Below are positions 56,505 to 64,000 of a DNA stretch of 64,000 nt, piece by piece. The position numbers were made by a program, and so were the translations under genes. The stretch is from Ostreococcus lucimarinus. Its lineage: Eukaryota. Under the pieces are notes generated by a model. That model had not been told where the DNA came from, searched no databases, and was given only the letters and a program-made list of their open reading frames with translations. Location of the stretch: NCBI GenBank assembly GCA_000092065.1, contig CP000591.1, one strand, 5' to 3'. Each line of letters opens with the position of its first letter. The first letter of the stretch is position 1.

Positions 56505-57098
56505 ATGCCGTCGAAGCGCGCGTCCGCGAACGGACGCGTCGATCGCGCCGCGACCGACCGTTCGCGCGCGTCGACGCCGCGCGGCGTCAAAACGTTGAAG
56601 GTTCGCCTCGCGCGCGCGACGAAATTCCGCGATGAAAATCGCATTCCCGTGCGCGACAGACTCGGCGACGGCGCGAAGACGACGAAAAGCGCGGCGAAAG
56701 ACTTAAGGCGAACGATCGAACGGGCGACGACGACGGGCGACGCGCGGACGCGCGCGAAGGGTGACGTCGGTCCCGGGGATTTGCGGCGCCGGTTGCCGCG
56801 GCGCGACGACGGCGCCGCGGCGAACGCGAAAGCGAAAGCGACGCGAACGTCTGGAGATTTGAGAAACGCGTTATCGGGGAAATCGGGGAGAAAAGGTGTC
56901 GCCAACGCGAAGGGGCGGGGAGACGCGCGCGTGAACGCGCTGTTGCGACGATTGAATCTGTCTTCGTACGAGGCGGCATTCGCGCGAGAGGAGATCGATT
57001 TGATCGCGCTGCGGGCGATGCGCGACGGGGATTTCGACAAGCTCGGCCTGCCGTACGGGGTCAAGGTCAAGCTCGCGCTCGCGTTAGGACGGCGGTGA
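56505..57098 (+). CDS. basic protein with C-terminal SAM (sterile alpha motif) domain
   Basis: ATG at 56505. The C-terminal 60 aa 'VNALLRRLNLSSYEAAFAREEIDLIALRAMRDGDFDKLGLPYGVKVKLALALG' fit a SAM fold. TGA at 57096-57098. Confidence 0.5.
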   Translation: MPSKRASANGRVDRAATDRSRASTPRGVKTLKVRLARATKFRDENRIPVRDRLGDGAKTTKSAAKDLRRTIERATTTGDARTRAKGDVGPGDLRRRLPRRDDGAAANAKAKATRTSGDLRNALSGKSGRKGVANAKGRGDARVNALLRRLNLSSYEAAFAREEIDLIALRAMRDGDFDKLGLPYGVKVKLALALGRR

Positions 57099-57101
57099 GC
57101 G

Positions 57102-58031
57102 ATGAACGATGTGACATTAGCGCGCCGCGCGCACAACCGACTGCTGTATTATTACGACGCCGATTCGCAAACGCCGATTCGCCTCGCCGACGCGCGAGAC
57201 GACGACGAGGACGAGGAAAGCACACCTCACTCTCACGCGCGCGCGCGCCCACGCGTTCCCATGTCCGTCGAGCACTCGCGAACCGTACGCCTGAGCGAGG
57301 ATTTGTCCTACGTTCAACCCACGGCGCCGCTTCCCTCCTGGCTCAAAGGTTTCTTCGTCACGGCGGTGAGCAAAGGACAGGATTCGGTGGTCCAAGCCGC
57401 CATTGAAGCTTCAAACATTCTGAACGATTACTGGTTCAAAGTGGCGTACGACGCCCATCGCATCGACGGGGAAAAGCCGTACGAACGCGCCGAGGCGATG
57501 TGGATCCCCGGTTGCGACGCGTGCGCGTTCGTGGCGCTTCGGCCGGACGACAACGACGCGAACGTCTACATGTGCGCGAAAGCCATCGTGGAGGAGTGTC
57601 GAAAGGGCGCGGATTGGAAGCAACCGACGCACGTCGCGCGGATCGTTGCGGTTGAGAAAAGCTCGAGCGAGCTCGAACTAGACGCGCTCGCGCGAGACGT
57701 TCTGTCGAAGCACTTTCCAGAGCGAGGCGGCGACTCGGAGCCCGTTACTTTCGGCATTCACTACGAAGAACACTCGCCGATGAGACATTTCTCGAGCACG
57801 GACGTGAATCGCTTTGTCGGCTCGCACGTTCCAGACGAAGGGTACAAAGTCGATCTCAAGAATCCAAGGTTCACGATCTGCGTCGTCAACGCGGGCGGTT
57901 CGATGATGATGTCCGTCGTCGAAGCCTACGACGCGCTCGGGCACTTCAACGTGCATCGCGCGGCGTTCGAGGACAAACTCAGCGATACCGTGCCGGCGCG
58001 CGGCGACGATTCCGCGCAGCCCGCGGCGTGA
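57102..58031 (+). CDS. THUMPD1: THUMP domain protein 1 (THUMPD1/Tan1-like tRNA acetylation adaptor)
   Basis: 'GFFVTAVSKGQDSVVQAAIEASNILNDYW' matches human 'GILITCNMNERKCVEEAYSLLNEYG'. 'YKVDLKNPRFTICVVNAGGSMMMSVVEAY' matches 'NKVDLTNPQYTVVVEIIKAVCCLSVVKDY'. ATG at 57102, same frame as the upstream ORF. Confidence 0.7.
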   Translation: MNDVTLARRAHNRLLYYYDADSQTPIRLADARDDDEDEESTPHSHARARPRVPMSVEHSRTVRLSEDLSYVQPTAPLPSWLKGFFVTAVSKGQDSVVQAAIEASNILNDYWFKVAYDAHRIDGEKPYERAEAMWIPGCDACAFVALRPDDNDANVYMCAKAIVEECRKGADWKQPTHVARIVAVEKSSSELELDALARDVLSKHFPERGGDSEPVTFGIHYEEHSPMRHFSSTDVNRFVGSHVPDEGYKVDLKNPRFTICVVNAGGSMMMSVVEAYDALGHFNVHRAAFEDKLSDTVPARGDDSAQPAA

Positions 58032-58067
58032 GCGCCGCGCGCGGCCTCGCCAGGGGCTTCGCTTCGC

Positions 58068-58149
58068 GACATTTACGCCGCAATGTTTGATGCGAGTCCG
58101 AGCCGTGCGACATGTACGCCGCGATGTGTGATACGATTCCGAGCCGTTC
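58068..58149. repeat. imperfect tandem duplication of a 41-bp unit upstream of CYP51
   Basis: GACATTTACGCCGCAATGTTTGATGCGAGTCCGAGCCGTGC is followed directly by GACATGTACGCCGCGATGTGTGATACGATTCCGAGCCGTTC (6 mismatches in 41). Confidence 0.75.
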
Positions 58150-58356
58150 CCGCCGTCGGCGCAAACCCCGCGCGGAGTGGATAGATCGTCTCGCCGACGC
58201 ACCGCCCCACTGTGCGACGCCCGTCGACGCGCACCGCCACCGAACGCTCGAACGCCGAGCGTACGCCCTCGAAACGCGCTCTCGACCGCTCGATCGCGCG
58301 CGCGACGGCGTAATCGACGCCGATCTTTGACGAATTCAAAGACGACTGGAATCGCC

Positions 58357-59844
58357 ATGGCGCTCTTTCACGAAGTCGTGCACGCGCTCAAGACGTCGCC
58401 GGCGCACTTCACCGTCCCCGCTGTGCTAATGACGGTGGTTATTTTCATCTTCTTGCTCGATCAGCTCTCGCACGGACCGCTGAAGGGACGAAAGTCGCCG
58501 CCGGTGATCGACGTGGCGCCGGTGTGGGGCGGCATGTTGGCCTTTTTGGCGGGACCGATGAAACTCATGCGCGAGGCGACGCCGAAGTACGGTGAGGTGT
58601 TTACCGTGCCGGTGTTTCACAAGCGGATCACGTTTCTGATCGGGCCCAAGGTGAGCGAGTTTTTTTTCAAGGCGAAGGATACGGAGATGTCGCAAAAGGA
58701 GGTGTACGAGTTCAACGTGCCGACGTTCGGTAAGGGCGTGGTGTTCGATGTAGATCACACGACTCGTGCGGAACAGTTTAGATTTTTCGCGGATAGTCTC
58801 AAGAGTAACCGATTGAGGATGTACGTGGGGATGATGGTGAAGGAGGCGGAGGATTTCTTCAGCAAGTGGGGAGACGCAGGCGAGGTGGATTTGCTCGAGC
58901 AACTCTCGGAGTTGATCGTACTCACGGCTTCCAGATGCTTGCTCGGAAGAGAGATTCGCGAGACGCTCTACTCTGAAGTTACCGATCTGGTGCACGATTT
59001 GGATAAGGGTATGGTGCCGTTGTCGGTATTTTTCCCGTACGCGCCGATCGAGGCGCACCGCAAGCGAGACGCGGCGCGCAAAAACTTGGCCAAGATTTTC
59101 GACAAAGTTATCCAAGCTCGTCGCGAGAGCGGCGCGAGTGAACCGGATGTCTTACAAACGTTCATCGACGCCCGGTACAAGGATGGTAGCAGGCTCACGA
59201 ACGACCAAGTCCTCGGTATGTTGATTGCCGTGCTCTTCGCCGGTCAACACACGTCCTCGATCACGTCCACGTGGACTGGTTTGCTGGCCATCGCGAACAA
59301 GGAGCGCGTGATGCCTGCGCTCGAAAAGGAGCAAAAGGATATCATGAAGAAGCACGGCAAGGATTTGGATTTCGACATCTTAGCGAAAATGGATGAGTTG
59401 CATTTTGCTGTGAAGGAGGCGCTTCGAATGCACCCGCCTCTCATCATGCTCCTTCGCATGGCGCAAGTGCCGTTCGAGGTCGAAACCTCTACGGGTAAGA
59501 AGTACACCGTCCCCAAGGGCCACATCGTCGCCACCTCTCCCGCGTTCTCGCACCGCTTGGACAATGTCTACAGCGACCCGAACGAGTACAAGCCTGAACG
59601 ATTCCGCGAACCGAACCCCGAAGACAAGGCCCAGTTCGCCTCCTTCATCGGTTTCGGCGGCGGACGTCACGGTTGCATGGGGGAAACCTTTGCGTACATG
59701 CAAATCAAAACCATTTGGTCCATCCTTTTGCGAAACTTTGAGTTCGAAATGGTTGGAAAAGTTCCCGAACCCGATTACACCGGCATGGTCGTCGGTCCCA
59801 CCGCGGGCCAATGCAAAATCCGCTACAAGCGCCGCGTTCTGTGA
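58357..59844 (+). CDS. CYP51: sterol 14-alpha demethylase, cytochrome P450 CYP51
   Basis: Heme loop 'FGGGRHGCMGETFAYMQIKTIW' (CYP51 FGAGRHRCIGE). 'HTSSITSTWTG' (I-helix AGQHTSS), 'KEALRMHPP', 'PPVI...GG', 'KYGEVFT' and 'MSQKEVY' are all CYP51-specific blocks. ATG at 58357. Confidence 0.9.
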   Translation: MALFHEVVHALKTSPAHFTVPAVLMTVVIFIFLLDQLSHGPLKGRKSPPVIDVAPVWGGMLAFLAGPMKLMREATPKYGEVFTVPVFHKRITFLIGPKVSEFFFKAKDTEMSQKEVYEFNVPTFGKGVVFDVDHTTRAEQFRFFADSLKSNRLRMYVGMMVKEAEDFFSKWGDAGEVDLLEQLSELIVLTASRCLLGREIRETLYSEVTDLVHDLDKGMVPLSVFFPYAPIEAHRKRDAARKNLAKIFDKVIQARRESGASEPDVLQTFIDARYKDGSRLTNDQVLGMLIAVLFAGQHTSSITSTWTGLLAIANKERVMPALEKEQKDIMKKHGKDLDFDILAKMDELHFAVKEALRMHPPLIMLLRMAQVPFEVETSTGKKYTVPKGHIVATSPAFSHRLDNVYSDPNEYKPERFREPNPEDKAQFASFIGFGGGRHGCMGETFAYMQIKTIWSILLRNFEFEMVGKVPEPDYTGMVVGPTAGQCKIRYKRRVL

Positions 59845-60010
59845 GCGCGCGTCCATGAACCTTAGCGTGTTGCACAATGTCGATATCTATAATCTATTTC
59901 CATTTCACACGCGCGCCAGCGCGCGCGTCGCACCGTTTCGCGCGTTCGCGGCGCATCGTTCGCCTCGCCGACGTCATCGCCGCACTTCGCGCAGCGCGGC
60001 CACCGTTCAC

Positions 60011-60997
60011 ATGCGTCGCGCCGCCCGACTCGCGCGCGACGCCCTCGCGCGCGCGCGCGCGTCGAGCGCGTCGTTCGCCGAGACCTCGACGAGCGCCAGC
60101 GCGTTCGCACCGCGCGCGCGCGTCCCGAACGCGCTCGAAACCTCGCGCGATCGCTCTCTCGCGCGCGGTTTCACCGGCGCCTGGCGCGCGTTCCACGCCT
60201 CGGCGTCGATCGAGAAGCGAAACAAACGCCAGACCGTGCCGTTGACGCTGGAAGACATGGAGTTCGAGCGCGTGGAGGCGGTGGAGGACGCGAGACGGCG
60301 GTTGGCGCCGACGGAGGGGACGCTCTACGGCGTCGCGCCGAAAACGTGGACGGAACGCGAGCGCGACACCTTGAACGCCGACGAAGAAGCGAAATTGGAC
60401 GCGCTGTTGTCGACGTACGTCGAAGGCGCGTACGTCGAGGGATCGGGGATGCCGACGTTCGAGGAAGTGTTGGCGGGCGCGGAGGCGAGCGCGGCGAACG
60501 ACGACGACGACGACGACTTCGCGCGAGACTCGAGCGAGGGCGAGGACGAGGACGGGGACGAGCGAGGCGGTGATCACGAATCCATGGTTCGAGTTCCCAT
60601 TCGTGACGTCGCGGGAAGGAGTTACGGCACCGGGAAGCGTAAAACAGCCGTCGCGCGCGTGTGGCTCGCCCCGGGCTCGGGCGAACACAAGGTCAACGGC
60701 AAGCCCTACGACGAGTACTTCTCCTCTCCCGCCGCGCGTGCGGACATGATCGCGCCGTTTTTCGTGAGCGATACGTTAGGTTTATTCACCGCCGTCGTCG
60801 ACGTCAGGGGCGGTGGGATCTCCGGCCAGGCGCAGGCGGTTCGTCACGGCGTCTCCGTCGCGCTGCAAAACTACGACCCGGCGTTTCGACCGGCGTTGAA
60901 AGCCGCGGGGTACCTGAAGCGCGATCCGCGCATCGTCGAGCGCAAGAAACCGGGCAAGGCCAAGGCGCGCAAATCGTTCGCCTGGGTCAAGCGTTAG
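60011..60997 (+). CDS. RPS9: organellar (mitochondrial or plastid) ribosomal protein S9 with long N-terminal presequence/extension
   Basis: C-terminal 130 aa 'GTGKRKTAVARVWLAPGSG...VNGKPYDEYF...VDVRGGGISGQAQAVRHGVSVAL...YLKRDPRIVERKKPGKAKARKSFAWVKR' is canonical uS9. The start is set at ATG 60011 (presequence-like MRRAARLARDALARA). An alternative in-frame ATG at 59855 lies only 10 nt after the CYP51 stop. Confidence 0.8.
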   Translation: MRRAARLARDALARARASSASFAETSTSASAFAPRARVPNALETSRDRSLARGFTGAWRAFHASASIEKRNKRQTVPLTLEDMEFERVEAVEDARRRLAPTEGTLYGVAPKTWTERERDTLNADEEAKLDALLSTYVEGAYVEGSGMPTFEEVLAGAEASAANDDDDDDFARDSSEGEDEDGDERGGDHESMVRVPIRDVAGRSYGTGKRKTAVARVWLAPGSGEHKVNGKPYDEYFSSPAARADMIAPFFVSDTLGLFTAVVDVRGGGISGQAQAVRHGVSVALQNYDPAFRPALKAAGYLKRDPRIVERKKPGKAKARKSFAWVKR

Positions 60998-61079
60998 CGC
61001 GTCGCGACCGATGTAGTACAATTTAGAGAAGCGACGTTCGCCGGCGCGTCCCGCCCGCGCGCCGCACATCGACGCGCGC

Positions 61080-61562
61080 ATGACGGTCGCCCGCGCCTCG
61101 GCCCGCGCGCTCGCTCGCGCGCTCACCGCGCTCACCGCGTCCTCGTCCGCGGCGTCCGCGCCGCTCGCGCGCGCCCGCGCGTCGCCGCGCGCCGTCGATC
61201 GTTCGCTCGGTGTGCGCGACTTCATCGCCGCGTCGCGCGCGACGCATCGCGCGTACGGCGTCACGGACGAGCAGGCGTTCGGCGTGGACCCCGTGGACGT
61301 CGCCGCGACGAACGCGGACGACGCTTCGCGGACGAACGCGCGCGAAGGACCGACGAAGCGGAAGAATCACATCAAACGCATGAAGCAGCGCGAGGCGTTT
61401 CGACGGTCGAACGCGAAGACGCACAAGGAGAACGAACGAAGGAACGCGATCGAGAGGCAGGAGAAACGATTGGCGCGGTGGCGAGCGGGGGTGGCGATGA
61501 AACGGGAGTACGAGATGAAGTACGGGGGAGGGCTCGGCGAGACGACGGCGCGAGGCGAATGA
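61080..61562 (+). CDS. small basic hypothetical protein (possible organellar presequence)
   Basis: 160-aa ORF, ATG at 61080. The N-terminus is Ala/Arg/Ser-rich. The C-terminal half is Lys/Arg-rich and helical: 'KRKNHIKRMKQREAFRRSNAKTHKENERRNAIERQEKRLARW'. No family recognised. Confidence 0.3.
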   Translation: MTVARASARALARALTALTASSSAASAPLARARASPRAVDRSLGVRDFIAASRATHRAYGVTDEQAFGVDPVDVAATNADDASRTNAREGPTKRKNHIKRMKQREAFRRSNAKTHKENERRNAIERQEKRLARWRAGVAMKREYEMKYGGGLGETTARGE

Positions 61563-61705
61563 TTAGGTTCTTCCGCGGGACGGATTTTGTAATAACAGTA
61601 CAGTAACGACTTGATTTCGAACGCGCGAGAGTCGACGAACGCACGGCGATGAAGTACAGGTTGTGTGCGTGATCAATACATGCATGCGGCGGAAGCGTTC
61701 GCGCG

Positions 61706-63988
61706 TTACGATTTGCGATTGGAGTCTCGCGCGGACGAATCCCAAGGTTCCGGGACCCACGACGCATCGAGTTTTTCCGGAGCTTTGAGCGTATTGTTGC
61801 CAGCGCCCGTGGCGCGACGAATGGGCTCAATTTTGTTCATTGTGGTGTGCATGGCGTGCGCGAACGTTTCCTTAGCTTTGTCGCCGAGAGACGGGTTGAC
61901 GTCTCGCGGGCTCAACTCGGCGGCGTCTAGGAATCGATCCGTCGCGGCTTCCCAAGACAGCCTGTACGAGTCCTGCGCGCTCAGAGGCGCAGGTTCGGAC
62001 GTAAGCGCTTGCTTCACGCACTTGGTGAACTCTTGCGGGGTGTTATACACGAGGCAGTTGGGGAAGGTGGAGAAGAACTCGTTACTCGGGTGCTTGGCGC
62101 ACACGACAAACTTGCCCATCGCCAACGCCTCCGCGGTCGTCGTGGCGACGACATCGGAAAGCGATGGGTTGACGAAGACTTTGTAGTCATGAATGTCCGA
62201 CGCGGCGTGGTCTTTGCGGCCGTGGAAATGCAGTGGCAGCTTCATCTTTTCGGCGTTGGATTTGACTTCGGCGAAGTCGTCGCCGTTGCCAAACACGTCG
62301 AGCTCTAGCGGGCACTCGCGTCCGTCTTCACTCACGTTGTGCTCTGAGACGCGGTCGAGAAGCTCTTTGTAGCCCTTTCCCCACACAACCTTGCCGAGAA
62401 AGTACGCTCCTTTCGTGAACACGGGTTTTTTACTTCTCTTCTTTTTCGTCGACGCGCTCCCGATGGACGCGAGCGGCCCCTTTACCATCTCGACGTCTTT
62501 CTCTTTCGTCGCCTCGATCGCCTTCTTCGCGCCGACGTCTAGGAAGATCGGCGAAACGCCGTGCACGTTCATCGTCGTACTCTTTGGAAACTCTTGCACC
62601 GCATCAGAGAGCTTGATCACCTTGTGGCAATGCACCGACGAGACGACGTTGTTCACAAACTTCAAAGCCTTCTCCTTGATTTCGCCATTCTCTTCGAGTC
62701 GCACGTAGTCCAGGTAGTTTGTGTGCACGATGCCCACGACGTGCTTGAACTTGTCCGTCCATCGTTCGCCGGAGTGGTACCAGTTGAGATGTTCGGGCTC
62801 CTCCAACACCGCTATGTCTGATTCGCGATCGCCCGGAATGTACGACGTCAAATCGCCAACCGGAATGATGCTGTACTTGTCCGTCGCGTATCTCCCCGGG
62901 TAGAACGACAGCTTCATTTGCGGCTTAAATCCGCAACGTTCTTCGACCCACTTGTTGACGTACTCGCCCTGTTCCTCCGGAGTGTTGAAAATCATTCCGG
63001 GGTGCACGAGCTTTTGCTCGTTAGGCGCCAGAAAAGGAATGACGAGCGTGACGTCGTGAATTCCTCGTCGAGCCAGGTACGCGGCGCGAAGCAATGGATT
63101 CACCGCCGTCCCGGTCATCCACGGCAACGTAGCGGTCGTGACGATGGCGACCGAGCGTCCGGGCTCTCTCACCGAACGCGGGGCGTCTTTGCCGCGAGAC
63201 GCCTTCTTCAACGCCTCGCTCGCTTCTAGCTCAGCCGCGAGCTCCTTGCTCTCTGCTCGCTTGAGCACGACCCCGGGGCTCGACAGGCTCGCATCGTACG
63301 GCGATTTCACCACGATTTCCTCCGGTTGACCCGCGAATCGTCGCACGGCGTTTTGCAAGTCCGTCGTGAGCTTCGGCAGGCTCGGCGGGCGAGGAAGTCG
63401 CGAGGCGAGCTCGTCCTTCTTCTTCGTGATTTCCTTCTTCAAGCTCTCGAGCACGTTCGCACCGCCCTCGCGCGGACTCGACGTCTCAGAAAGCGCGCGC
63501 GCGCCGTGATCGGCGTCGCCATCGCCCATCGCCGTGAGCGCATCCGTGGACGAGCTGCGCGACATCTCGCGAGGCGAACGCGCCGTTTCGGGCGCCTCCT
63601 TCGGCGACTTTCGCGGCGACGTCCCCGGCGATCGGTCGACCACGGTCTCCGATTGCGCGCGCCGACGGTTCAGCGTGCGATTGGGTCGCTGCGGTGTCTT
63701 CGCCAGCGCCCCGTCGTCTTGGTTGAAATTCGTACCGATCGCCTTGAACACGTCCCACTCCTCGCCCCACTTTGGAATCGCCGGCGCCTTGGGTATATTC
63801 TTCGCGATCAACGCCTGCAAGTCCTGCGTCGACGTCGGTCGACTCTTTCGCTCGTCTCGCTTGCTCTCCGACGTCCTGCGCCCGTCTCCTCCCGCGCTTC
63901 GTCTCGGCCTGCGCAACTTTTCAAACCGTTCCATGAATTTGGCGTCGTCCAGCTTGGCCAACGAGTCTTGGCTCGCTCGCCTCGCCAT
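61706..63988 (-). CDS. DGD: digalactosyldiacylglycerol synthase-like GT4 glycosyltransferase (DGD1/DGD2 family)
   Basis: '[27 protein letters not shown]' is the DGD-family hallmark ('[26 protein letters not shown]'). The conserved GT4 C-terminal half follows. ATG at 63988. Confidence 0.8.
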   Translation of the reverse strand: [760 protein letters not shown]

Positions 63989-64000
63989 CTCCCTGAACGC

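Noticed and set aside
57096-57098. TGA between SAM ORF and THUMPD1 as a selenocysteine codon
   Set aside because: Mamiellales do have many selenoproteins. However, neither protein is a known selenoprotein family, and I could not recognise a SECIS-like ATGA...AA...GA structure in the 3' flank (58032-58356).
57095-57121. Possible GTGAGC donor at 57095 that would splice out the TGA between the SAM ORF and THUMPD1
   Set aside because: The only downstream AG within reach (57119-57120) gives a 25-nt intron and the wrong phase for the THUMPD1 frame, so I do not propose a splice.
1-64000. Mobile elements, CRISPR arrays, tRNA/rRNA genes, prokaryotic defence islands
   Set aside because: No reverse transcriptase, integrase or transposase motifs, no terminal inverted repeats, and no regularly spaced repeat arrays were seen. 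Intergenic spacers are too short (mostly <250 bp) to hide rRNA genes. I did not find a tRNA cloverleaf by eye, but I cannot exclude one without a tRNA scanner.

Overview
This window is a eukaryotic nuclear segment, not a prokaryotic locus. It is very GC-rich (about 65-68% by eye) and extremely gene-dense. It carries about 36 protein-coding genes on alternating strands, with intergenic spacers mostly of 50-250 bp. Several neighbouring stop/start codons lie only 3-100 bp apart, and TGTAA poly(A)-like signals are visible. Almost every gene is a single long ORF. I could prove only two short 5'-proximal spliceosomal introns, in CWC22 and BRR2, by restoring conserved protein sequence across a frame shift. 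All of this matches a prasinophyte green alga of the Mamiellophyceae (Micromonas/Ostreococcus-like); the taxon is inferred from composition and architecture, not from a search. I saw no rRNA, tRNA, CRISPR array, transposon or prokaryotic defence system.

Genes recognised from remembered family motifs (no database was run):
- Metabolism and transport: spermidine synthase, a peroxisomal ABCD half-transporter, phosphatidylserine synthase, a carbohydrate sulfotransferase, a Mem_trans/auxin-efflux-carrier-like permease, a histidine-phosphatase (PGAM-like) protein, an NhaD/P-protein-type permease, a 4'-phosphopantetheinyl transferase, CYP51 and a DGDG-synthase-like glycosyltransferase.
- Mitochondrial or organellar: a HIG1-domain protein, COQ9, an Obg GTPase and organellar ribosomal protein S9.
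- Lipid transfer: a PH+SMP lipid-transfer protein (TEX2/Nvj2-like) next to the phosphatidylserine synthase.
- RNA and chromatin: a minimal MT-A70 (METTL3-like, DPPW) methyltransferase, U2SURP, CWC22, a DOT1-fold methyltransferase, BRR2/SNRNP200, NKAP, WBP11, a SET histone methyltransferase with two CW zinc fingers, a DEDDy 3'-5' exonuclease, CSA/ERCC8 and THUMPD1.
- Signalling and other: a SAM+TKL protein kinase, a RAR1-like tandem-CHORD protein, a VWA/MIDAS protein and a SAM-domain protein.
- Most unusual: a 1438-aa GFAT-like protein (class-II glutamine amidotransferase plus two SIS domains) fused to transmembrane helices and a C-terminal EF-hand pair.

The items I think most deserve a second look are:
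- the GFAT-EF-hand fusion;
- a HIG1 ORF that overlaps, in another frame, the only available 5' end of COQ9;
- a SAM-domain ORF and THUMPD1 lying in the same frame, separated by a single TGA;
- a 42-bp direct repeat that duplicates the 3' end of the exonuclease gene;
- a 41-bp tandem repeat upstream of CYP51;
- a local concentration of spliceosome and mRNA-modification genes.
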